The notes under the pieces were generated by a model, which was not told where the DNA came from, made no database searches, and saw only the letters and a list, made by a program, of their open reading frames with translations. The position numbers and the translations under genes are program-made. Below, one piece after another: positions 40,906-49,211 of a DNA stretch of 64,000 nucleotides. Source of the DNA: Candidatus Woesearchaeota archaeon. Lineage in GTDB: Archaea; Nanobdellota; Nanobdellia; SCGC-AAA011-G17; GW2011-AR20. Positions within the stretch are counted from its first letter, which is position 1. Every line of letters begins with the position of its first letter. Location of the stretch: the NCBI GenBank assembly GCA_018303025.1, contig JAGVYZ010000014.1:21145-85144 (forward strand), read 5' to 3'.

Positions 40906-42215
40906 TTTAAAAATTTGAATAAGTATGAGATTCTAAAATAATAATTTCTATATGCTTTATCCAGTAATTTTTGCACTTGTTTTGGAGAGAAATTGTTATG
41001 TCTGTAAACTAAATTAAACTGTGTATATTTCTCAAAATCATAAGTTAATATTCTGTTTTCTTTTTCCAATTGATTAAAAAAACCAGTTCCAGGATATGGT
41101 GTTGAAACTGAAAATCTAGCTATTAAGGTGTTTAATTTTTTTGCATAATTTATAGTATTTTTTACTGTTTCCTCAGTATCGCCTTCATATCCTAAAATAT
41201 AAAATGCTGAAATTTTTACACCAATTTTTTCACAAAATTTTATGATATTCTCCTGATGATTTTTTTGTATTAAAAGTCGTTTATTTTTTTTTGCTATATT
41301 AATATCGTTGGTTTCAATGCCTACATTGATATTTCTTAAGCCAACTTCAAACATTTTTTTAATTTTTTCTTCGTTTAGCAAGTCTAATCTTGTTTCCATG
41401 CCCCATTTAATGTTTACATATGTTTCTTTTAATTCTTTACAAAAATCTTCAATAAAATTAGGAATTAATCCAAATGTTGGATCTCTAAATTGGATTCCTT
41501 TTATATTATACTTTTTTTGCAAATAAACTATGTCCTTTACAATCTTTTTAACAGATCTTAATCTTACTTTAGAACCTTGATATTCGCCATAAGTACAATA
41601 AAATCTACAACTATAAGGGCAGCCTCGACTTGCTTGTAAAACTAAGAATGGTTTTTGTTTTATTGCTGGAAAATAACTATAACTGTTTATTGGAAAATTA
41701 TCAAAAGAAGGTAAAGGAAGATCATCTAAATCTATTTTTTCAGAAACAGTTATATGACCCTGCAATTGATTTTCACTTTTAAATTTGTATATAAAAAAAT
41801 ACTCTGATTCCCCACAAATGTTGAAATCTCCTGATTTGAACAAATCAGGCTTTATTTTTACAAATGGGCCAAAAAATCCAATTTTTGATTTAGGAAATGT
41901 TTTTTTTAAGACCTGACAGACTTTATTTTCGTTTTTGTAATCAACAATAGTACCATAGATTAAAATCAAATCAAAATATGTTTCAGGCAATTTACCTTCA
42001 AAATAACTTACTTCATAGCCTTTTTCTTTAAAAATCTCCTGTAAATAAGCTATTTCTATAACTGGTAATTTAATTGAATTTTTTTTGATAAATCTTAAAA
42101 TTTTGGATGTAAATGAATAACCATAATCATCTGCAGTCCCAAAACCACCATTTAGGTCTTTATTCATTGCAAAATTTTTACTTTTATTCATTACATTAAT
42201 CAATGCTATTTTCAT
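40878..42215 (-). CDS. B12-binding-like domain radical SAM protein
   Basis: SRGCPYSCRFYC (Cx3Cx3C spacing), GIET, TPYPGT. Confidence 0.85.
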   Translation of the reverse strand: MKIALINVMNKSKNFAMNKDLNGGFGTADDYGYSFTSKILRFIKKNSIKLPVIEIAYLQEIFKEKGYEVSYFEGKLPETYFDLILIYGTIVDYKNENKVCQVLKKTFPKSKIGFFGPFVKIKPDLFKSGDFNICGESEYFFIYKFKSENQLQGHITVSEKIDLDDLPLPSFDNFPINSYSYFPAIKQKPFLVLQASRGCPYSCRFYCTYGEYQGSKVRLRSVKKIVKDIVYLQKKYNIKGIQFRDPTFGLIPNFIEDFCKELKETYVNIKWGMETRLDLLNEEKIKKMFEVGLRNINVGIETNDINIAKKNKRLLIQKNHQENIIKFCEKIGVKISAFYILGYEGDTEETVKNTINYAKKLNTLIARFSVSTPYPGTGFFNQLEKENRILTYDFEKYTQFNLVYRHNNFSPKQVQKLLDKAYRNYYFRISYLFKFLKWQIREFWL

Positions 42216-42243
42216 TTTTTTATCCTTTTATTAATTAAATAGT

Positions 42244-44022
42244 CTAATTTAGCCTCTTTAAAAGAATTATGCTATAAATAATAAATAAAAATTCTAAAAT
42301 TAATGAAAATAATAGAATAAGTTTAGCAAGACTATATAAAAAAGTATCAAAATCACTTTTTAATGCAAATTTATCAAATCTTTCATAGTATGGATTTTCA
42401 TAACCTATGGGATATAGCCAATAAGCTTTGTTTGCTGTAATATAATTAAAAATACTTTTGGGTAAAACCAAGTTACCTTCATAAAGTTTAAAATATTCTT
42501 CTTTGTTGCCATAATAGTATCTTGAAGAATTTATTGTTTCTTTTAACTTGAAATCTGAGCTAATATCTGAGAAAAAACTTTGCATAGAAAGGTTTAATTG
42601 CTGATTATCTTTGATAGTACCCCAGCCACAATCAGTAGCAGCGCATTCTACAAAATAAATTTTTATTTTGATTACATCTTGTTCTGTCAGATTTTGCTGT
42701 TTATTAACAAGTTCCATGAAATCCAAGACAGATATGTAATTTTGATTATAAAAAATCCAATGCATTTGTCCAGTATATAATCTTGGATCAACTATTATAA
42801 CTGAATCTTTTTCAAATTGATTAGTATCTTCCATTATTTGATTTATTGGTGCTTTTGAAAGATAAAATGGATGTTGAATCAAAAGAAGAGCATGTAAAAC
42901 AATAATTAATATAATTAAACTGAAAATTATCTTTTTTTCTATTTGATTAAATTTAATAATTATTTTTTCAATCAAATAAGAAGCTGGAATAATCATAATT
43001 GTATTAAAAAACAAGAAATGTTTTGGTAGGAAAATAACAGAAGCGATATAGATCAAAGGAATAAATAAAAGAACAATTGGGTAAAATATTGTTTTTTTAT
43101 TATCTATATATAAAAAGATCATACCAATTAAGCCTAAAATAAAAATAAGAGGAGATATTTTTAATATTGCAATAACAGCATTAAAAAATGATTCTTGTCC
43201 AAAAAAAGAGCCTATTAATGAAAATTGCTTATCAAACTGAGTTGTCCATTCATAATAAGGTTTAGAAATATCACTTCCAATGCCAAAAACTCTTGTGAAT
43301 TGCAGGTCAACTATGCCTTTATCCTGGTATAATAAATAATTGTGAACAATCATAGGAAATAAAAAAACAAGCAGTGTTAAACCGAGAATAAAGAATAATT
43401 TTGTATTTTTCTTAGAAAATACTTCTTTTTCATAAATCCAATAATAGCTTAAAAGAATTATTGCATAAGGAATAATAAATAAAACAGTATAGATTTTTGA
43501 CATCATTGACATTCCAAGTAATGCAAAACTTAATATTAAATAATAAGATTTTTTTTCATGAAAAAACTCTATTAAAAAATAAAGACTAAATAATAAAAAA
43601 AATGTAATAAAAGCATCCATTTCAGCTACTGTTTCAGTTATGTGGAAAGGATCTGTTGCTAAAAGCAATGCTGCAAAAAGGGCTGCTTTATTTGAATTAA
43701 AAAGACGTTTAACAATAAGGAAAATTATGATTATTGAAAAAGAACCAAACAATAAAGCAGGCATTCTTGAACCTAACTGCCCAACACCAAATATTTTATA
43801 AAAAAAGTCAGTAGTATAATACCATAATCCTGTTGACTGGTGAAAAACTTCTAATAAACCAGAGGAAATAAAATTTATTGCTGGTAAGACCATAAGAAGA
43901 TTATCAGGAAGAACATCCAGATTAACTGCATTTATTATTCTTAATGTTAAACCAATAATAAATATTATAGTTAAGAGTACTAAATTCTTTCTTTTAGACA
44001 ATAATTCTTTTAATTTTTCCAT
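42244..44022 (-). CDS. GT-C fold (PMT_2-like) membrane glycosyltransferase
   Basis: LPD after TM1, SRMP, EMD, SK; multiple TMs and a C-terminal extracellular domain. Confidence 0.78.
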   Translation of the reverse strand: MEKLKELLSKRKNLVLLTIIFIIGLTLRIINAVNLDVLPDNLLMVLPAINFISSGLLEVFHQSTGLWYYTTDFFYKIFGVGQLGSRMPALLFGSFSIIIIFLIVKRLFNSNKAALFAALLLATDPFHITETVAEMDAFITFFLLFSLYFLIEFFHEKKSYYLILSFALLGMSMMSKIYTVLFIIPYAIILLSYYWIYEKEVFSKKNTKLFFILGLTLLVFLFPMIVHNYLLYQDKGIVDLQFTRVFGIGSDISKPYYEWTTQFDKQFSLIGSFFGQESFFNAVIAILKISPLIFILGLIGMIFLYIDNKKTIFYPIVLLFIPLIYIASVIFLPKHFLFFNTIMIIPASYLIEKIIIKFNQIEKKIIFSLIILIIVLHALLLIQHPFYLSKAPINQIMEDTNQFEKDSVIIVDPRLYTGQMHWIFYNQNYISVLDFMELVNKQQNLTEQDVIKIKIYFVECAATDCGWGTIKDNQQLNLSMQSFFSDISSDFKLKETINSSRYYYGNKEEYFKLYEGNLVLPKSIFNYITANKAYWLYPIGYENPYYERFDKFALKSDFDTFLYSLAKLILLFSLILEFLFIIYSIILLKRLN

Positions 44023-44023
44023 T

Positions 44024-44755
44024 TTACTTTTTCATTATAAACTTAAGTGGTGAATATAAGATTCTCAATTTTATTAAAGCTATAAACATTTGCATTGGAG
44101 CTTTTGCTATATTTAAATGAGTTCTTGAATCATCTGCCCATTTTATAGGAATTTCTTTAATTTTAGCATTAATTCGCTTCATTTGGTATAACAACTCTAT
44201 ATCAAAGGACCATTTGGTATACTCTAAATTTGGCAAAATTGATTTTATTGCTTCTTTTTTGAATAATTTACAGCCACATTGAGTATCATGATAATGAAGA
44301 CCCATAATTATTCTAACCAGTAAATTAAATATTCTACTTAAAATTCTCCTTGCTAATGGCTGCTCTAATTCAATCTCAGCGCCTTTAATCCAACGTGAAC
44401 CTATTACGCCATCATTATTATTGATATTATTAAGTAACCTAAAAAAAGATTCTGGAGGAGCACTATTATCTGCATCTACAAATCCAATTAAATTGCCTTC
44501 TGCTAGTTTAAAACCTTCTATTAATGCTCCTGCTTTTCCTATTTTTTTCTTGAATTCTTTAAAGACTAAATTTTCATGTTTCTTTCCTAATTTTTTTAGA
44601 ATATTGACTGTAGAATCAGAGCAATTATTTGGAATTACTATAATTTCATATTCTTTTATAGAGAACTTTTTATTAAAAAAAGAGAAATAAGAATTTAATG
44701 TTTTTTCTATTCTTTCTTCTTCATTGTATGCTGGAATTATTATTGAGAGTTTCAT
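44024..44755 (-). CDS. GT2, dolichyl-phosphate glucosyltransferase (ALG5-like)
   Basis: PAYNEE, GKAG, VDAD, IGSR, DTQCGCK, FDIE; start at ATG 44755. Confidence 0.9.
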   Translation of the reverse strand: MKLSIIIPAYNEEERIEKTLNSYFSFFNKKFSIKEYEIIVIPNNCSDSTVNILKKLGKKHENLVFKEFKKKIGKAGALIEGFKLAEGNLIGFVDADNSAPPESFFRLLNNINNNDGVIGSRWIKGAEIELEQPLARRILSRIFNLLVRIIMGLHYHDTQCGCKLFKKEAIKSILPNLEYTKWSFDIELLYQMKRINAKIKEIPIKWADDSRTHLNIAKAPMQMFIALIKLRILYSPLKFIMKK

Positions 44756-46001
44756 TTTTTTCAAAAATTGCCATTAGCAATAAAATTACAAAAACAATAA
44801 ATGTTATAATGCTTATTGTTAGGACTATTTGCAATAGGGAAGTATGAATAAAATAAATTAAAACTGATTCTATGAATAAAGCTGAGAATAAAACATAAAT
44901 AAAACCATGATTGTTAACTGATAAATGATATAGTGAAGTTAAGTAAATCAATGAAATTAATGCCATAAATAATCCAAAAGGAGCAATTAAATTAGAAGCC
45001 GGTAAGAATAGATTTCCAAACAGAACTTTTATGATTAATTTTGGAAGTAAGAAGTAAATAATTAAAGCAAAAAATAATATAGAACTAATTAAGGCTAAAG
45101 ATTTGTAGAATAATTGCTTTGGAACCTGATTTCTTGATTTTAATTCAACTAATTTTGGAAACATCACCTGGCTTATGGATAATGAACCAAAGAAAAGTAT
45201 TTTTCCTATTAATGAGACTGATGAATAATAACCTGCTTCCAGGTCTGAAAAGAAATGTTTTACTAATAAAGTATCGATTGAATATATTAAAGTTATTAAT
45301 AATAAAGTTATAAATACTGGAAGTGTTCCCTTGTAAATTTCCCGACTGTTTACTTTTTCTTTCTCTTTTTTGAAAAATGATCTTGATTGAAATAAACCAA
45401 AAGCATAAGGGATAATAAAAGAAAGAACAATTGCCAAAACAGCTCCACTAACCTGCCAACCAATTGCAACAAATAAAACACCTAATGAAAATTTTGAAAT
45501 TCCTTCTAAAATCAAGTTCATGCTTAAACCTTTAAACTTCTGCAATCCCTGCAGAAATGCTCTTATTATTGGCAATGTTAATGAAAAAGGAATAAGCAAT
45601 GCTAGTACAAAAACAGGTTTTGTACTAATTTTTAAGAAAGATGCTATTAATGGAGAGAGAGCAAGAAAGATTAATGTTATTAAAATTCCATAAATAAACA
45701 ATTTTTTGTTTGATTTTACAAGAAGATAATTTATTTTTTTAGGCTGATTTGTTGCATTCAAATGAGAGAAAAATTTTGTCAATGAAGTTTGAATTGTATT
45801 AAGAATTATTGAAATAACGTATAATAAAGACAAGATTGCGCCTAAAATACCATATGCTTCTGGACCTAATGTTCTACCTACATAAAAATGATACAAAAAT
45901 CCTAGAATATTAACTATTGCTGTTCCAATCAACAAAATAAAGTTGTCTTTTATGAACTTGCTTGAAAGTACCTTATTTTTTAATTTTTTTAAATTAGCCA
46001 T
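44721..46001 (-). CDS. Wzx/MOP-family flippase
   Basis: GRTLGPEAYG, AGYY, VMFP; about 12 TMs. Confidence 0.88.
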   Translation of the reverse strand: MANLKKLKNKVLSSKFIKDNFILLIGTAIVNILGFLYHFYVGRTLGPEAYGILGAILSLLYVISIILNTIQTSLTKFFSHLNATNQPKKINYLLVKSNKKLFIYGILITLIFLALSPLIASFLKISTKPVFVLALLIPFSLTLPIIRAFLQGLQKFKGLSMNLILEGISKFSLGVLFVAIGWQVSGAVLAIVLSFIIPYAFGLFQSRSFFKKEKEKVNSREIYKGTLPVFITLLLITLIYSIDTLLVKHFFSDLEAGYYSSVSLIGKILFFGSLSISQVMFPKLVELKSRNQVPKQLFYKSLALISSILFFALIIYFLLPKLIIKVLFGNLFLPASNLIAPFGLFMALISLIYLTSLYHLSVNNHGFIYVLFSALFIESVLIYFIHTSLLQIVLTISIITFIVFVILLLMAIFEKNETLNNNSSIQ

Positions 46002-46981
46002 ATTAATAATGCGAAGAATATTTGTATTAAATAGGTGAAGTAGACGACTTGTCTCTCTGTAAATTTACCTGTTCTTGTAAAAAAATGAGTGATAGAATAA
46101 ATTTTATTTTCATGATAAGAACAAATTTTTCCATTTTTTTCATAACCATAGCTTTTTGCTCTGAATTTACTTCTTGCTTTTAATATAAATTCAATAAAGA
46201 AAGGTATTGAGATTATTATTGCTGCTTTTTCAATATTACCAAGAATAGCTATTATTGCTATTGAACCACCAATCAGGTAAGTTAAAGAATCTCCTGGAAA
46301 TATTTTTGCTGGATATTTATTATAAATATAAAATGCCAATAATGAAGAGAAAACAACTAATGCAAATAATGAACCCATTGTATTTGAATAAAAATAGGAG
46401 TATAATCCTAATGTTCCTGTGATTATTATTCCCAAACCAGTTTCTAAGCCATTTAAACCAGCTAACATATTAACCATGTTAGCTGCACCAACTATGCCTA
46501 TAGGAATTAGTAAAAGAGGATATAATAATCCAAAGTTTATTTCTCCAAAAAAAGGAAGAGCCATTATTGTGTCTCCTGCATTTATTACCATTAGAGGCAA
46601 AGCAGCTGCTAATGTCAATAAAGGTTTTTGCCACTGCTTTAAACCAGCTGTTTGTTCTTTTGATTTTTGAACCAATAAATCATCTATGAAACCAACTAAA
46701 GTTATCATAATCAAAGATGACATGCCTGCAAATAAATAAAGCAAATAGGATGTATCATTGTAAACAAAAGTTCTTATGAAGATATATAGATTTAAACCTA
46801 CAAAAACACCTGCCAGAACTGTTAAACCTCCTGATTGAGAAATAAGAGGTTTATCTTTTTTATTCTGGTCTTTTACAACTAAGTCTATTCTTCTTAAATA
46901 TCGAATAGTCCAGGGAGTTAGATATAGAACTACTAAAAAGCTTAGAATTGCACAGATTACAGGAATAAGGTATTGAACCAT
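45989..46981 (-). CDS. aglH: UDP-HexNAc:dolichyl-phosphate HexNAc-1-P transferase (GPT/AglH, MraY superfamily)
   Basis: GFIDD, NMVNMLAGLNGLE, PAKIFPGDS. Confidence 0.85.
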   Translation of the reverse strand: MVQYLIPVICAILSFLVVLYLTPWTIRYLRRIDLVVKDQNKKDKPLISQSGGLTVLAGVFVGLNLYIFIRTFVYNDTSYLLYLFAGMSSLIMITLVGFIDDLLVQKSKEQTAGLKQWQKPLLTLAAALPLMVINAGDTIMALPFFGEINFGLLYPLLLIPIGIVGAANMVNMLAGLNGLETGLGIIITGTLGLYSYFYSNTMGSLFALVVFSSLLAFYIYNKYPAKIFPGDSLTYLIGGSIAIIAILGNIEKAAIIISIPFFIEFILKARSKFRAKSYGYEKNGKICSYHENKIYSITHFFTRTGKFTERQVVYFTYLIQIFFALLIWLI

Positions 46982-47031
46982 GTTTTAAAAATAAGAGATA
47001 TTTATAAAAAGGTTTCTGAATAAGGAAATTT

Positions 47032-47268
47032 ATGAGAATTTTAAAGGCTTTAAAAAAATTGCACAAAGTTGTAACTGGGACAATAATTAATATAGTTAAT
47101 TTTATTTTATTACTTCCTGTTTATTTTATAGGGGTGGGAATAACTTCCATTATTGCTAAATTGTTTAAGAAAGGATTTTTGAATTTAAAAAAAGAAAACA
47201 AGAAAAGTTATTGGACAAATAATGAAGTAAAGAAAGGAGAGATAGAAGATTATTATAGGCAGTTTTAG
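47032..47268 (+). CDS. Short SxtJ-like membrane protein
   Basis: G-x-I-x-N...LL-x-x-VYF...KSYW...YYRQF C-terminal pattern; directly upstream of the carbamoyltransferase. Confidence 0.7.
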   Translation: MRILKALKKLHKVVTGTIINIVNFILLLPVYFIGVGITSIIAKLFKKGFLNLKKENKKSYWTNNEVKKGEIEDYYRQF

Positions 47269-47276
47269 GAGAAAAA

Positions 47277-49007
47277 ATGTATATACTAGGGGTAAGTTGC
47301 TTTTACCATGATTCAAGTGCTGTATTATTAAAAGATGGAAAAATAATAGCTGGTGCTGAAGAAGAAAGATTTACTAGAAAGAAGCATGATGCTGGTTTTC
47401 CCATAAATGCAATAAAATACTGCTTGAAAGAAGCTGGAATTACTGTAAAAGAACTTGATTATGTTGGATTTTATGAAAAGCCATTTTTGAAATTTGAAAG
47501 ATTATTGAGCCAGCATCTGGAAATGTTTCCTTTCTCATACTGGTCTTTTTACAAATCAATTCCATCATGGATAAATGAAAAATTGAGAATACCTCATTTA
47601 ATGAAGAAGAAATTAGGATATAAAGGAGATATATTATTTATTCCTCATCATCTTGCTCATGCTGCTAGCTCTTATTTGGTATCTAATTTTAATGAAGCAA
47701 CTATAATGACAATTGATGGTGTAGGTGAGTGGGCAACTACTACTTATGGATATGGAAAAGGAAATGAGATTAAATTAGAAAAAGAAATTATTTTTCCTGA
47801 TTCTGTTGGTTTATTGTATAGTACTGTAACTGCATGGATTGGGATGAGTGTTAATAATTCAGAATATAAAGTAATGGGATTAGCACCATATGGAAAACCA
47901 ACTTATTATGATAAATTAAAGAAAGTTATTGATATAAAAGAGGATGGAAGTTATAAGATGGACATGAGTTATTTTGATTATCATTACAAATTAAAAATGC
48001 CTAGCAAGAAGTTCATTGAAGAATTTGGGTCTATTAGAACTCAAAAAGAAGAAGTAAATCAAAAGCACAAAGACATGGCTGCTTCTGTTCAGAAAATAAC
48101 AGAAGAGATTTATTTTAAAATTTTAAATAATGCTTATAAAAAATACAAATGCAAGAATTTATGCGTAGCTGGTGGTGTTGGTCTTAATAGTGTTGCAAAT
48201 GGAAAGATAACAAAAAATACACCTTTCAAAAATATTTACATTCAGCCTGCTTCAAGCGACTCAGGAACAAGCATTGGAGTAGCCTGCTACATTTATAATG
48301 TAATTTTAGGCAACAAAGAAAGATTTTACATGGATAATGCTTATTTAGGGCCTTCTTATTCTTATGAGGAAATAAAGAAATTTTTGGATGATAATGAAAT
48401 TAAGTATAAGATTTTGAAAGAAGAAGAAATTGCTAAAAAAACAGCTAAACTAATTAGAGATGAAAATGTTATTGGATGGTTCCAAGGAAGAATGGAGTGG
48501 GGACCCAGAGCTCTTGGAAACAGAAGCATATTATCTGATGCTACTAATCCTAAAATGAAAGATATTTTGAATTTGAAAGTAAAGCACAGGGAAAATTTTC
48601 GGCCCTTTGCTCCGGTTATTTCTAAAGAGGATGTTCATGAATGGTTTGACATTGATCAAGATGAAGAATTGTTCATGTTATTTGTTTATCCTGTAAAAAA
48701 AGATAAAAGAAAAATAATACCTTCTGTAACTCATGTTGATGGTTCTGGAAGATTGCAGACTATCTCTAAAGAGCAGAATGAAAGATATTATAGCGTTATA
48801 AAAGAATTTGAAAAGCTTTCTGGAGTACCAATACTTATTAATACTTCTTTTAATATTAGGGGAGAACCTATTGTATGCAATCCTTATAATGCTTATAAGT
48901 GCATGATGGGAACTGGAATTGATTATTTAGTTATGGACAGATTTTTGATTAAAAGAGAAGATAATTTGAAAGATGCCTGGGATAGTGAAAAAATAGCTAA
49001 AGATTAA
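47277..49007 (+). CDS. O-carbamoyltransferase (CmcH/NodU/SxtI family)
   Basis: YHDSS, EEERF, HHLAHA, DGVGE, EYKVMGLA, GGVGLN, GPRALGNRS, RPFAP, NTSFN. Confidence 0.95.
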   Translation: MYILGVSCFYHDSSAVLLKDGKIIAGAEEERFTRKKHDAGFPINAIKYCLKEAGITVKELDYVGFYEKPFLKFERLLSQHLEMFPFSYWSFYKSIPSWINEKLRIPHLMKKKLGYKGDILFIPHHLAHAASSYLVSNFNEATIMTIDGVGEWATTTYGYGKGNEIKLEKEIIFPDSVGLLYSTVTAWIGMSVNNSEYKVMGLAPYGKPTYYDKLKKVIDIKEDGSYKMDMSYFDYHYKLKMPSKKFIEEFGSIRTQKEEVNQKHKDMAASVQKITEEIYFKILNNAYKKYKCKNLCVAGGVGLNSVANGKITKNTPFKNIYIQPASSDSGTSIGVACYIYNVILGNKERFYMDNAYLGPSYSYEEIKKFLDDNEIKYKILKEEEIAKKTAKLIRDENVIGWFQGRMEWGPRALGNRSILSDATNPKMKDILNLKVKHRENFRPFAPVISKEDVHEWFDIDQDEELFMLFVYPVKKDKRKIIPSVTHVDGSGRLQTISKEQNERYYSVIKEFEKLSGVPILINTSFNIRGEPIVCNPYNAYKCMMGTGIDYLVMDRFLIKREDNLKDAWDSEKIAKD

Positions 49008-49017
49008 ATTTATAAAA

Positions 49018-49045
49018 GAAGCTTTTCTTCTAGTAAAAGAAAAAA
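49018..49045 (+). repeat. Palindromic dispersed repeat, copy B (right arm truncated)
   Basis: GAAG-C-TTTTCTT-CTAGTAA-AAGAAAA; flanked by ATAAAA at 49012 and 49045. Confidence 0.6.
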
Positions 49046-49049
49046 TAAA

Positions 49050-49211
49050 ATGTCACACAATAAATCAATAATATTAGAATTTTGGGATTTTTTAAAAATA
49101 AGAAAAAAATGGTGGCTATTGCCAATAATTATAATGCTAATATTGGTAGGCGTATTAATAGTATTTGGGCAAAGTTCAGCTATTAGTCCATTTATTTATG
49201 CTTTAATTTAA
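49050..49211 (+). CDS. 53-aa SxtK/DUF5989-like membrane peptide; not in ORF track
   Basis: MSHNKSIILEFWDFLKIRKKWWLLPIIIMLILVGVLIVFGQSSAISPFIYALI; RKKWWLLP...PFIY pattern; follows the carbamoyltransferase. Confidence 0.88.
   Translation: MSHNKSIILEFWDFLKIRKKWWLLPIIIMLILVGVLIVFGQSSAISPFIYALI

Noticed and set aside
47032-49211. Saxitoxin biosynthesis
   Set aside because: Only sxtIJK-like genes; no sxtA, sxtG or sxtB equivalents, and the context is glycosylation.
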